Source: Octopus bimaculoides
Lineage: Eukaryota
DNA: 53,301 nt
Assembly (NCBI RefSeq): GCF_001194135.2
Contig: NC_069008.1
Coordinates: 4,106,849 to 4,160,149 of the forward strand
Reading direction: 5' to 3'
Below, one piece after another: positions 1-13,261 of this stretch. Position numbers and translations under genes: made by a program. How positions within the stretch are numbered: position 1 is the stretch's first letter; each line of letters begins with the position of its first letter. The notes beneath the pieces were generated by a model. The model saw nothing but the letters and a program-made list of their open reading frames with translations, had not been told where the DNA came from and searched no databases.

Positions 1-307
1 ATATATATATATATATATATATATATACAAAGAGAGAGAGAGTCACACACACATGTACATACATATGTACAAATATATATACATATATGCATATATGTAT
101 GTATGTACATCTATATCTACATACAAATATATGCACATATACATACAAGCATGTGTAGGAAAATTGAGCTTAACAAAACTCTTTATGTGCACACGGACAT
201 GGACACACATATATATATATACGTAATATATATATACATGTATACATACAGACATACATATATTTACATTACATACATGCACATATATACGAATATGTAC
301 AAATATG

Positions 308-352
<45 letters not shown>

Positions 353-501
353 GCAAATGTATGGTTATATATTATATATGTATACCAATACAACCCTTTA
401 TGCGGTCGTTTGATCAACAACAAATAGAAATAACAGCCAAATCTTCCTCAAATCACAAAACGATCATGCTATATCTACCAAAAAAAAAGTAACTGACATA
501 C

Positions 502-591
502 TGGATATTGCAGTCATGAATAGTCCTAAAAAGACAGGATGTCCAGGTCTGGAATGTCGTTTGATCGTAAGCCCTCTTGACAAAGATTGTC
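502..591 (-). CDS. Candidate coding exon 2 of an unidentified minus-strand gene running off the left edge
   Basis: 90-nt segment, GC-richer than its flanks, between acceptor ttttggtcacag and donor CCA|gtatgt. Open in the phase-1 frame (GQSLSRGLTIKRHSRPGHPVFLGLFMTAIS), which matches the exon upstream. No homology recognised. Confidence 0.35.
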
Positions 592-661
592 CTGTGACCA
601 AAATAACAACGTATTTTTATAGACGAGTACATACACACACACACAAACGTATGATAGTTAC

Positions 662-677
662 CTCTGATCGTATCCAT
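662..677 (-). CDS. Candidate first coding segment (MDTIR-G) of the same gene; exon probably 662..760
   Basis: ACCATGG Kozak context after an in-frame TGA (686..684). Donor GAG|gtaact, a 70-nt intron to the next exon, and acceptor tatctacag at 761..763. Confidence 0.3.
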
Positions 678-808
678 GGTATCTCATCAACATTGACAGA
701 ACCCTTTAGTTATTTCCCCTTTTCGTTATTGTCTTTTTTTAATGTCGTTTGAGGGCGCTGCTGTAGATATATGTCTATATGTTTTTATAAATGCGTGTGT
801 GCAGAGAT

Positions 809-842
<34 letters not shown>

Positions 843-890
843 CCAGAGATAGTATTTTAGAAGCCTAAAGCGGCGCAGCTTAACAAAACC

Positions 891-926
<36 letters not shown>

Positions 927-1200
927 AATATATATGAGCTTTTAAATAAGTTCTCCACCAATAATGGTGCTTTCATACCGATGGGCTTGGTAAAAATTGT
1001 TAATTGATTTATTAATTAATAAATTGATAATCATTTACCCTTTTAATTTGTAATAATTATATATATATATATATATAAACATATATAGTTGCATGCAATG
1101 ATATATGCGTTTGTATAAATGTATGTATGTTTGTATGTGTGTGTATATCTATATATGTGCGTGTGTGTGTACAACAAAAAATATATATAATATATACATA

Positions 1201-1591
1201 TTCTTTTATTCTTTTACTTGTTCCACTCATTTCACTGCGGCCATGCTGGAGCACCACCACCTGAAAGGTTTTTTTTTTTTTTGTGAAAGAAATCGCTCCC
1301 AAAACTTAATCTTTGTAAACCTAATGCTTATTCTATTGGTATTTTTTGCCAAACCACTAAGTAACGTGGACATAAACACACCAACATCGGTTGTCCAGCA
1401 ATGATGGGAGGACACAAAGACACACAAACACACACATATATATACCACAGGCTTCTTTCAGTTTCCATTTTCCAATCCACTCATAAGGGTTTGGCCGGCC
1501 TAGAGCTATAGTAGAAGACAGTTGCCCAAGATGCCACGCAGTGGGACTGAACCTGGAACCATGTGGTCGGGAAGCAAGCTTCTCACCACAC
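1201..1591 (-). mobile_element. tRNA-headed SINE, abundant family B (head, core, internal microsatellite, AAAAGAGTA-type tail)
   Basis: Matches many other copies in the window, e.g. 41605..41995 and 34345..34743. Confidence 0.8.
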
Positions 1592-2121
1592 ATCTTTTAT
1601 TCAAAATATGAACAGGAGTATCTTTTACAAAACATTATTTATAAAACATGGCACTTGTTCTATCGGTCTCTTTTTGCCAAATTGCTAAGTTACAGGGACG
1701 TAAGCACACCAACATCTGTAGTCAAGCGGTGGTGGTGGGGACAAACACAGACACATAAATACATACATATATAACGCCGGTGTTAAAACGGGGGTAGCTG
1801 ATGAAGGAAAATGTTCTCTATGTGGCTTGTGTGTTTTTTGTACTCTGATTATCATTATTTTCTTGTCTACGTTTTGTTTGCAATGTCCTGTACCCAGATA
1901 TGCACCTATACATACAGGTGGATGTAGGTATGCACATACCTGTACGTATATATGCATATACTCATTTACTATTTNNNNNNNNNNNNNNNNNNNNNNNNNN
2001 NNNNNNNNNNNNNNNNNNNNNNNNNNNNNNNNNNNNNNNNNNNNNNNNNNNNNNNNNNNNNNNNNNNNNNNNNNNNNNNNNNNNNNNNNNNNNNNNNNNN
2101 NNNNNNNNNNNNNNNNNNNNN

Positions 2122-2152
<31 letters not shown>

Positions 2153-2389
2153 CGGGCTTCTTTCAGTTTCCATCTACCAAATCCACTCACAAGGCTTTGG
2201 TCAGTTTGAGGTTATTGTAGAAAACACCTGCCCAAGATGCCACACAGTGGGACTGAACCCGGAACCATGTGGTTGGTAAGCAAGCTTCTTACCACACAGC
2301 CACGACTGCACCTATATATTACTCCTTTTTTTAAAAAAAAAAAACTTTATTACTAGTTTCAGTTTGAGATCTGTGACCATGCTGGAGCA

Positions 2390-2720
2390 ACTCCTTTAAT
2401 TTTGCTATATCTTCATTACTTGAAAACTTCCTTTGTTGTGTGGATTCTGGTGAATGAGGGAGTTAGAAGTTGCTGCTGTCTTCACTCGCATTTCCTGCTG
2501 CGAGGTATGTTCATCGAGAAGTCTTGACAGGAGGAGATCCGGTTTTATTTTGAAGACACCTACCTACATCCACCCCTTGTAGGTCTCTTAGGCTTTAAGG
2601 AAGGATATTGAAGAGCTATGAGCCCTTGAAAACCCAAGCTGTTGCAGTATCTTGTCTTGTATCCTGATGGTGTTATTGAGATCTTTGGCTTAATGCTGTA
2701 GCTGCCATGTTCTTTGGAAA
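2390..2720 (-). mobile_element. Degenerate 3' end of a CR1/L2-like LINE ORF2
   Basis: Minus-strand conceptual translation across frameshifts gives TRYCNSLGF..G..LFNIL..K..RDL.GVDVGVFK.K.DLLLSR..DE.TS.QE.R..AATSNSLIHQ. This resembles CR1/L2 RT C-termini (recalled, not searched). Confidence 0.65.
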
Positions 2721-2899
2721 AATGTAACTTAAAACTGCCTACTTGGCATCATCTTGCTGAAGATCAATCACTGTGGTGAGTCCTGTGTACTCAGAAGTAC
2801 AGGACTCAGAATTGATCTTTTCTGTTAGGCTGGTACTATGTAACAGGCACCCGTGCTGATGTCGTGTGAAAATAGCATCCATGCTGACACAACGTATAA

Positions 2900-3078
2900 G
2901 GCACCCATTACACTTCTGTAAGGTTGTTGGCATTAGGAAGGGCATCCAGCCATAGAAACATCGGCAAAACAGACAACTGTAACCTGGTGCAGTTGCGCAG
3001 CCCTCCAACTTGTGCCCTTCTGTCAAACATTCCAACCTTTGCCAGCATGGAAAATGGAAGTTAAATGATGATGATGAT
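2900..3078 (+). mobile_element. RTE-type 3' end (family D) with a (GAT)n tail
   Basis: ggaagggcatccagcc...ttgccagcatggaaaatgga.gttaaatgatgatgat. Related copies at about 12490..12690, 15295..15380, 29900..30115, 35505..35625, 48060..48270 and 50400..50551. Confidence 0.65.
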
Positions 3079-3106
3079 ATATCCTAACCCAAACCCACAC
3101 ATATAC

Positions 3107-3157
<51 letters not shown>

Positions 3158-3760
3158 NNNNNNNNNNNNNNNNNNNNNNNNNNNNNNNNNNNNNNNNNNN
3201 NNNNNNNNNNNNNNNNNNNNNNNNNNNNNNNNNNNNNNNNNNNNNNNNNNNNNNNNNNNNNNNNNNNNNNNNNNNNNNNNNNNNNNNNNNNNNNNNNNNN
3301 NNNNNNNNNNNNNNNNNNNNNNNNNNNNNNNNNNNNNNNNNNNNNNNNNNNNNNNNNNNNNNNNNNNNNNNNNNNNNNNNNNNNNNNNNNNNNNNNNNNN
3401 NNNNNNNNNNNNNNNNNNNNNNNNNNNNNNNNNNNNNNNNNNNNNNNNNNNNNNNNNNNNNNNNNNNNNNNNNNNNNNNNNNNNNNNNNNNNNNNNNNNN
3501 NNNNNNNNNNNNNNNNNNNNNNNNNNNNNNNNNNNNNNNNNNNNNNNNNNNNNNNNNNNNNNNNNNNNNNNNNNNNNNNNNNNNNNNNNNNNNNNNNNNN
3601 NNNNNNNNNNNNNNNNNNNNNNNNNNNNNNNNNNNNNNNNNNNNNNNNNNNNNNNNNNNNNNNNNNNNNNNNNNNNNNNNNNNNNNNNNNNNNNNNNNNN
3701 NNNNNNNNNNNNNNNNNNNNNNNNNNNNNNNNNNNNNNNNNNNNNNNNNNNNNNNNNNAG

Positions 3761-3994
3761 GCCGGCCCAAAAGTAGGTTTACAGTTATTCAACTATCTCT
3801 TTCACATTCATATATTAACAGTTTAGACCTCAATTATAAAAAAAATATGAAACCATTATTCTATGCTAATTTAGTTAAATTTGTCAAGCTCCCTCTTCAG
3901 TTTGTAAGATAGAAATTGAAATGTAATAGAATGTTTTAAAAGAAATTTGAAGTGCCTACGTGATAACTGTAAACCTACTTTTGAGCCACCATGT
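3761..3994. mobile_element. Tc1/mariner-type MITE
   Basis: Inverted repeats ggcccaaaagtaggtttacagtt and aactgtaaacctacttttgagcc (22/23). The right end abuts TA; the left end is cut by a gap. Confidence 0.7.
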
Positions 3995-4222
3995 ATATAT
4001 ATATATATATATATATATGAAGCCTGAAGGCTTAGAATGTTCAGACAAATATTAACGCCCTCTACTACTGCATACAGATACAATTATTACTTAGCATTTA
4101 ATTATCTGGTTGACACAAATTAGGAAGCCTTCTGGGTATGCTAACAATATGCATAACAGAAGATTATTAACAATTTTTGGTTTCTAGATATATCTATCTG
4201 AGGGATTGATAATGAAACCATT

Positions 4223-4611
4223 TTGTTGTTGGCACTCCGTCGCTTACGATGTCGAGGGTTCCAGTTGATCCAATCAACGGAACAGCCTGCTCGTGAAATT
4301 AACGTGCAAGCAGCTGAGCACTCCACAGACACATGTAACCTTTAACGTAGTTCTTGGGGGATATTCAGCGTGACACAGTGTGACAAGGCTGACCCCTTTG
4401 AATTACAGGCACAACAGAAACAGGAAGTAAGAGTGTGAGAAAGTTGTGGTGAAAGAGTACAGCAGAGTTCGCCACCATGCCCTGCCGGAGCCTCGTGGAG
4501 CTTTAGGTGTTTTTGCTCAATAAACACTCACAACGCCCGGTCTGGGAATTGAAACCGCGATCCTATGACCGCGAGTCCACTGCCCTAACCACTGGGCCAT
4601 TGCACCTCCAC
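4223..4611 (-). mobile_element. Full-length tRNA-derived SINE (family A) with target-site duplication
   Basis: tRNA-like head at about 4540..4611. 13-bp TSD taatgaaaccatt at 4210..4222 and 4612..4624. Other copies at 10742..11118 and 43782..44508. Confidence 0.9.
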
Positions 4612-4966
4612 TAATGAAACCATTAACAATCAGGGAAAATATGAAAATAGAATTGGGTATCCTGAGTAAGTGGAACGAATATGTAAAAAGTCACAATTTG
4701 CTTTTTTAAAAGCAGAACCTTTATTTGAGCGTTTATGTTGAAGTTCTCAACATGACTTCGAAAGGCCTGCAAATAAAACAATAGTTACTAGCTGGCCCCC
4801 ATGCCATCAAATATAGCAGCTAATTGTAGTATTTTATATAAAAACAAAAGCACTCAGAAAGAGCAAACCTCTGCCAAGGCAACACCAATGTTCTCTCGAT
4901 TAGCCAGAGATGATTTTTAAAATGAGAATATCTGAAATAAACTCGACTGCTCTCACAAACGAGAAT

Positions 4967-5216
4967 GCTAGAAATGAACCCGACTGTTCTCAGAAATTAA
5001 GTAAAAAACAAGAAAAATAATCCAGAATCCTTGTCTGGTACTGGATTGATCGCAAAATCTAATCAGTTTGTGCCAGTTATGAGGGCAAACATCCCTGAAA
5101 GTTCCATTTCTTTCATTTGAATCCATCCAGTGGTTCTTGAGATATCTTGTCGACAGACAAACAAACAAACACGACTGAAAACAATATCTCCGCCTTCGCT
5201 AAGGGGGAGGTAATAA
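4967..5216 (+). mobile_element. Helentron/HINE-like non-autonomous element remnant
   Basis: Ends in (caaa)n...gaaaacaatatctccgccttcgctaagggggaggtaat with a subterminal hairpin at 5188..5209. The family call is from recalled architecture only. Confidence 0.45.
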
Positions 5217-7019
5217 GGTACAAAACCAAGTTTTTAGTTTAATAATTCTTTTATTACCAAATTTATAATATAGCAGTCATTTTGTATCCTGAACGTGGGT
5301 TTTGGAAAAAAAATGGGTGGGTGGTGGATGAGGGACCGGAGGAAGTCTTTCCAAAAGATGTCTTTCATGTGGCAAGAAGTTTGCTTCCCAACCACATGGT
5401 TCCAGGTTCAGTCCTACTGAATGACACCTCGAGCTAGTGTCATCTACGATTATTTAGTGAGATTGAATGTTATGTTTGGTTGGTAATGGGATGGTTAGAT
5501 GTGGACTGCGTGTGAATGAAAAATAAACAATTTTTACTTTAGTGGAGATTCGTTGCAAGATGTACAAAGGCTGTAGTAATGTTATGGCTGGCTGAGTTGA
5601 GGGACCAACTGGAAGGTAGAATGGTTTGTCACGACCTGGTAGGATAGGTAACAAGCTCTGTGTTAGCGAGGCACGGAGCTATTAGCACTCAGGTTAGCTC
5701 CTGATGCCATGAAGAGCTGTAGAAGCCACAGTAGTAAAAGGGCCAAGAGAGAGAGGGTGTCATGACGTGCTTCTGAATATGCCCTTAGAAACGGGCAATG
5801 ATGTATCGTGCCACCTCGTGGCCAAGGGTAGTCAACTCGTTGTTTCGTTTAGAACTCGCTAGAAAGATGCTAAGGGACACAACTCATCTCGCAACCATCA
5901 CTACAATGGCTTTGAGCTTACCAATATCCTTGTGAGAGAATTCTATTACTTCGTGCTTTCAGATTTTAACGTAAGACTAGCAATTTTCAGGAGAGGGGTT
6001 AGTTGATGCCTTCAACTCCAGTACACAACAGGCACTTTATTTTATTGACCCCCTCCACCAAATGGATGAAAACCAAAGCTGACTTTGGTGACAATTTCAG
6101 AACGGGAAGTAAAAAACTGAATTCTGTAGGAATTATCTATAAAACTTGCTTTTAAACATCGAATAGCTATGGGGATCCACCAGAATAAAATAGTAATAAA
6201 AGGGATCCATAGATAATAAATGGTCGAGAACCCCTGATTTAAACAGTTGTCAGCTAATACCTGGAGGAAAGAAATGAGGGTACCCAGAGCTTCGAAAGTT
6301 GGACACAAGGGTGACAAAAAGGCGGGGTGGGTGAGGAATATAAGACTAGCTAGGTTCTGAGGAACCTCTTATCGCATATCCACGTATTTTTTGTTTTGTT
6401 TTTCAGTAGGATTCCTTCAGGTTGAGTTAAATGTGTAAAAGCATAGTTTCTCTGAGTTAAAAAAAAAAGCAGTTGAATATTCGTTTTATCGTGGCTACTT
6501 CCCTTTACGTTAGGTACGAAAGCTTTACCTAGTGTAGTTTAATAAAATAAGAACACAAAGTATGCTACTAGCTACGATGTAATTGACTTGCAGCAATGTT
6601 ACAGCACGTCCACTGTTCAAAGATTGAAATTAAGAATAAAATGCCAAGAAAAATAAAGATTTCACGCTCGAGTTTTCACTACAGTGCCTCATCACAGTTC
6701 CAATTACCACCTCCGCTGCTCTAAACTCACTCCTTCTCGCTTATGTATATAAATAGTTCCGTTAATAATTACCCTCGCTCTAAATTTATTCTTTCTCTTA
6801 CTCTTTTTCCTTTACATTTCAATCTTACTCTCTCCATTCGCTCGCGTAAGTTTATTTGTTGATAAAAATGAACTCAAAAATTATTTTTCTTGGTTTATAA
6901 AAACTAATCAATTGAGTTATAATAATTTGTAAGAATTATAAAACAGAATCTATTTATATTAAATTTTAATAAGCAGCGAAATAACAAACTAACGGTTCGT
7001 TAACAGAAAAAGTAGTTCT

Positions 7020-8899
7020 GTCTATCCCGGACACAAAATAACTGTCATTTTCACCTCTCAATAACGTATATTTTCTCTTTGGCGGGAATATTTTTAGTCG
7101 AGCAATTAAAAACTAAATTTCATTTTAAAATATATGACAACATATACATATATATTTTAAAAAGATATAAATCTAAATATTTGGATAGTTTAAACGTTTT
7201 AGGCGGTATAACATGAAGATGACGAGATTATGTCAGATACTTAAGGGGGTTTTCGGGAACATGGTAAAATTTTTTTTGAAGTTTGCTAAAAGTTTTCTGT
7301 CATGATGAAATTAATATATAATGAAATTAAATGTTATAATCATAACCCTTTCTACTATAAGCAGAAGGCCTGAAATTTCGGGAGACTAGTCGATTACACT
7401 CACTCCAGTGCTCCACTGTTAATTATTTTTCGTTCCCAAAAGGATGAAAGGCAAAGTCAACACCGGCCGAATTTGAACTCAGAATGTTAGGACAGACGAA
7501 ATACCGATTAGGATTTTGCCCGGCGTGCTACCTATTCTGCCAACTCACTGTAATTACGAATTCCTCGTCTTATAAAGATTGAAAAGTATGTTTTTATTCG
7601 TTGTTCTAGGTGTAAGAATCCATAATGAAAAACTAAAAACAAGACTAAAATGAACCAACTTAGAAAGTTTATTTAAAGTAAATAAAACAAAAAATAGAAA
7701 GAAAACGTAGACGTAACCAGTGAAGAGAAAGACAGAAGTATAAGGCGGAGTGATACCTTGAAATGTTAATCGGTCTTAGGGCTGGAAAGACGAGACTTTG
7801 CACCAACAAGGTGCATAAAAAAAAAGACACCTCCCCCGCCATAAAAAATTCATTATTTTGGCGGCAAATCTAACCTGCAGATCACGAAAATATTAACATC
7901 AGATATGAATAACACATTCGAAAAGACTTCCATAAATTCGATTTGATTTACTTATGATAATAGCAATATGCCCAGTACGTGTTCGTAACGAAATGACTTA
8001 TTCATCATATGTTCAATAGAGCCATTATAAAACCCTCCCCCTGCTTTCCTTTCCAGAAACAAGGGTAAGAGGTACAGTGTAGTGATACAGAAAGACTAAC
8101 CTCGAACGTGAATCGGTCGGTAAAGGGATAGGTTGTTAGGTGTGTGTGTATGTCTGTACATGTGTGTCAATCTATGGATTGAGTGAGGGAGGGAGAGGTG
8201 ATTTGTTCTAGAGATATACGAGTAAATCTTTTTCTTCCGTAGGTAGAAAATTTTTCCCTTGTTATCAGTTGTGATGGAAAGATAAAATTCTTAATATATA
8301 TATCAAGCTAATTAGCTTTCCAAAACACCTCCTGTGGTAAATACAGTTAAGAGATACATAAGGGATTATAGATCGTAGCGGAGTGATACATATTTAGAAA
8401 CACACATATACATATAGAATCAAACACACACACATAGATATATATATACATTGAATTGGTTGACCTAAAAAAAAAAGCAACTAAAAAAATTAAATCATTG
8501 ACAAAATCAAACAAACAAAAATGCGAATCGGTCGGTCGTTGGTTCGTTATTGGCAGAGGTGACAATTTTTTTTGCTGTGGGTCCCTGTAACGGTCGCCTT
8601 TAAACGAAACAAAAAAAAAATCATCACAAATATATATTAATAATAACAACAAAGGGGGGTATTTTCCGGAACATGGTAAAAACAAGGTTCGGAGCGAAAC
8701 CTGATCAGAGAGAGAGAGAAGGAATTCGTTGGGGGGTGGTGGTTGTTTATGCATATATATATATTATATGTATAACGATCGCGTTGGTTAATTAATTAAT
8801 TATTAGTAAATTAAATATTAGCGATTTTTTTAAAAATTATATTTTTTTTTCGTTAAGAGAAGAGAGAAAGGAAGAAAGAATACAAAAGAAAGGATATTG
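7020..8899. promoter_or_regulatory. CpG-retaining promoter/5'-UTR region of GABPB, possibly bidirectional
   Basis: CpG density is above the flanks. E2F-like TTTGGCGGGAA at 7078..7088 and TTTTGGCGGCAAA at 7856..7868. Strong plus-strand donor TTG|gtaagt at 8899/8900 upstream of the ATG exon acceptor (12007). Confidence 0.5.
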
Positions 8900-8933
8900 G
8901 TAAGTTAATTATTTTCGTTGTCGCCATTAATAT

Positions 8934-8972
<39 letters not shown>

Positions 8973-9099
8973 CACGTATGTGTGTTTAATATGTATGTAT
9001 ATACGCATGTGTATATAAACATGTAGCTATATATGAATATGTATGTATAATGTAAGTATATATATATATATTATATACAGAATTGTGAATGTATGTACG

Positions 9100-9143
<44 letters not shown>

Positions 9144-9153
9144 NNNNNNNNNN

Positions 9154-9196
<43 letters not shown>

Positions 9197-9782
9197 CACC
9201 AATTAATATTACCTCTAAAATTTGCTATATATATATATATACATGCCAATACAAGACATTTCTACACAGCATTGCATGTGTAGGAAGATGTTATATACAT
9301 AATTGTAAAGGTATGTACAATATACGTTAGTGCAATACACTTCTCTACACTATCGGCATTGTATATATATATGTGTGTGTGNNNNNNNNNNTATATATAT
9401 ATATATATATATATATAATTATATATATATGTTTGAGTGGTTGGCGGTCGTCTTCTAACCTCGTGCGAGAAGAACAAAATGAACGTTGCTTGTTGATGGT
9501 TTTGTTGTTTTGGTGCTTGGAGGGAAGCGGAAGTCGGAAAGATAATGTCCTTTTCCGTTTTACAGAAGAAAAATAACATCATATATATATAATACAGACA
9601 CACTCACACACATATATATATACACACACACATATGCATATAAATTTATATGTATATGTGTATTTATGTTTGCATTCCACCATATGTAACTTCCGTTACA
9701 TATGTATCTCTCTCTTTCTCTCCGTATATATATATATAGAGAGAGAGATAATATACATAGGTGTATATATACACTTATACAT

Positions 9783-9856
9783 ACACGGTGTTCATAAATT
9801 ATTACCTTTACGCATTTTATTGTATCAAATTGTAAAGGTAATTTATGGGGACACAC
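9783..9856. mobile_element. Very short Tc1-type MITE
   Basis: Imperfect inverted repeat gtgttcataaattattaccttt / aaaggtaatttatgggacac. Confidence 0.5.
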
Positions 9857-9946
9857 ACTCACATATATGCAGTTGTGTGTGTAGAATTAATGGAGTCAGT
9901 GCCCGTTTGTTGGGTGTAGCCCAAGTTGTGATTGTTTTTTTATATC

Positions 9947-9981
<35 letters not shown>

Positions 9982-10741
9982 CATAAATCATATGTGGATA
10001 TGAGACATATAAATTCACGTTATATATATTTATCTCATGTAAATTTGTATATGATCACACATGTTTCACTTGTTGTGTAAGGTCACGTCTACATATATAT
10101 ATACATACATACACACACATATAAAGTGTATACTAATGTCACAATGCACATTTATTGTGTACACCCTTATATTTCTATGTTTTTCTGTGTGAATATTTAT
10201 ATATATTCACGCTTTTGTGTATATATAATGAATAGACGCAATGCGTGTTTGTAAGATATGCCTATGAATAAATATATATAATATGTATGATTACATTCAC
10301 AAATATGCTTGGTAATGTGTATATATATATATATTTACATATATAGTATTTTTGTATGTGTATATATATATATACTATATATTTACATGTATAGTATATT
10401 TTGTGTGTATGATATATGTATATATACTCTTATACATGTTTTGTGATTTATACTATTTGTACACGACCTCTGGGATCAAAAAGGGAGGGCCTCGTGAAAA
10501 ACGACATGCTGGAATCTCCCAATGCTTACCAATATCCTTAATTATACTGCCTTATCGTTTATAAAGTATAACTATAGTTCTATAATCAGCACTAATTAAG
10601 TGTGCCTAATTAGTCTTAATGATCACAAAGCCCTTTCATTGGATCATAAAGAATTATTTCGTCGACACGCGTGGGTGAGATCCCGAAATGTCGACCAAAA
10701 TTCTGGAAGTTTGAAGTTTTATAGTTTATAAAATATGTGAA

Positions 10742-11118
10742 AGCGTAACGGCCTAGTGGTTAGGATCACAGGTTCGGTTCCCAGACTGGGCGTTGTGAGT
10801 GTTTCTTGAGCGAAAACGCCTAAAGCTTCACGAGGCTCCGGCGCGGTAGTGGGGGGGGGGGCTGTACTCTTTCTTCCTGTTTCTGTTATNNNNNNNNNNG
10901 GGGGGGGGGGGCTGTACTCTTTCTTCCTGTTTCTGTTATACCTGTATTTCAAAGGGGCCAGACTTGTCACACTCTGTCATGCTGAATCTCCCCGAGAACT
11001 ACGTTACGAGTACACGTGTCCTTGGAGTGCTCAATCACTTGCACGTTAATTTCACGAGCAGGCTGTTCCGTTGATCGGATCAACTGGAACCCCTGTCGTC
11101 GTAACCTACTGAGTGCCA
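10742..11118 (+). mobile_element. tRNA-derived SINE (family A) containing a 10-N gap
   Basis: Reverse complement of 4223..4611. Confidence 0.85.
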
Positions 11119-12034
11119 CGATAAAATACACTCTATAACGGTAATTAACTCAGATAAATTATATTATTATTGGTCCAGATGGACTATATGTAATCTGAAC
11201 CTTTCCCCCCCTTATTTTTTTTTTTTTTACGGTTCTGAAAAAAAATTTTCAAAAATCTTAATTTCAAGATTTCGATTCCCCCCNNNNNNNNNNNNNNNNN
11301 NNNNNNNNNNNNNNNNNNNNNNNNNNNNNNNNNNNNNNNNNNNNNNNNNNNNNNNNNNNNNNNNNNNNNNNNNNNNNNNNNNNNNNNNNNNNNNNNNNNN
11401 NNNNNNNNNNNNNNNNNNNNNNNNNNNNNNNNNNNNNNNNNNNNNNNNNNNNNNNNNNNNNNNNNNNNNNNNNNNNNNNNNNNNNNNNNNNNNNNNNNNN
11501 NNNNNNNNNNNNNNNNNNNNNNNNNNNNNNNNNNNNNNNNNNNNNNNNNNNNNNNNNNNNNNNNNNNNNNNNNNNNNNNNNNNNNNNNNNNNNNNNNNNN
11601 NNNNNNNNNNNNGTGGAAGTGAGAAAGAAATCATGAATTTTCCTAACTTTTTTCTATTTTTCGCAAAAAGACACTTCCCATTACTCCGAAGACTGTGCTG
11701 AAAAAACAATTGTAAAAATCCACATCTGCTGGTATTGATACATCAATTAGAAAGCATTTTTTTTCCTTCATGATCTCTGACAACTATATCTGGCCTATTG
11801 GCCTTAATTTCTCTATCTGTGTGTATTGGCATATCCCAGAGTATGGTTGCGTTCTCGTTTTCTGTGACCTTTGACCTTTTCTGGCGTGTGCCTACACCAT
11901 CTTTTATCCGTTGTTATTCCATAGTGTTTATTATTATTATTATTATTATTGCTTTTCTTTCATTTAGATACTCATCATCTTTTGAATCGGCAACTGGCTT
12001 TTCCTAGTCATATTCGTGAGGCCGGGGCCACATA

Positions 12035-12142
12035 ATGTCGTTGGTTGAACTGGGTAAGCAGTTGCTTGACGCTGCCAAAAGAGGTGACACAGACGAAGTC
12101 AGGACCCTGATGTCAAATGGAGCCCCTTTCACCACAGACTGG
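12035..12142 (+). CDS. GABPB1: GA-binding protein beta, coding exon 1
   Basis: [36 protein letters not shown] matches the GABP-beta N-terminus. Acceptor ttcctag|12008, donor gtaagt, phase 0. Confidence 0.96.
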
Positions 12143-12453
12143 GTAAGTGTGACACTTCTTTCTAATTCTCTATTATTCGTCTCGGAACATATAACATACC
12201 AGCAACACACCATTGGAGTGCTGAAGGCTGGATCCACCTACACTATCTACAACAGGGGTTCTCAATTAGGGTCCATATGGCCCTTGGGGGTCTGTACAAA
12301 TTTTTTTTTTTTATTAAGATCTATGCACAGTAAATTGGCTCTGTTTCTAAAATGCACAAAATATTAGGCGTGGCTGTGTGGTAAGAAACTTGCTTCCCAA
12401 CCACATGGTCCTGGGTTCAGTCACACTACATAGCTCCTTGGGCAAGTGTCTTC

Positions 12454-12493
<40 letters not shown>

Positions 12494-12987
12494 TCATCGT
12501 CATCATTGTTTAACATCTGTTTTCCATGCTGGCATGGGTTGGATGGTTTGACAGGAGCTGGCCAGCCAGGGAGTTGTCCAGTCCCCAAATTGTCTGTTCT
12601 GGCATAGTTTCTACTGCTGGATGCCCTTCCTAATATCACCTACTTTACAGATTGACCTAGGTGTTTGGTTTTTACATGGCACTAGCACACACAAAACACA
12701 TGTAAATATATAATGGACTTCATTCAGTTTGGAGGTGCCATGCGATGGGACTGAACCCAGAACCGTATGGTTGGGAAGCAAACTTTGGTTCTCAAAGCTC
12801 ATCAGCTATGCAACTATAATGTTTACATGCTGTTCATTATAACTGCACTTCGACAGCCATTATTCCAAAACAGAATTATTTCGTATTCTCTCAAAAGTTT
12901 CTAAAATTTTTATATATATATATATATTTTGATTTTTTTTTTTTTTTTNNNNNNNNNNGTTTTAATCCTCCATTTGTCTCTTTGCAG

Positions 12988-13185
12988 CTTGGAATGTCAC
13001 CGTTACATTTCGCTGCCAGAAACGGTCACTTCCAAACAGCCGATGTCCTGTTAAGGGCTGGAATTAGCAGGGATGCTCGAACGAAAGTTGACAGAACACC
13101 ACTGCATGTCGCATCCCAAGAGGGCCACGTAACCATTGTGAATCTATTACTGGCCAACTCTGCAGACATCGAGGCGAAGGATATG
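12988..13185 (+). CDS. GABPB1: GABP-beta exon 2 (ankyrin repeats)
   Basis: [14 protein letters not shown]...[20 protein letters not shown]...AKDM; tttgcag| and |gtaagt. Confidence 0.96.
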
Positions 13186-13261
13186 GTAAGTATTACTGCT
13201 GTTTTATTCTTTAATTCTTTTACTCGTTTCAGTCAAATGACTATAAAACTAGCCTTTAAAA

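Noticed and set aside
1797-1830. Third hammerhead (CTGATGAAG)
   Set aside because: No stem II or downstream GAAA.
8664-8671. Canonical GABP site proving autoregulation
   Set aside because: TTCCGGAA lacks the GT of CCGGAAGT on either strand; kept only as a weak note.
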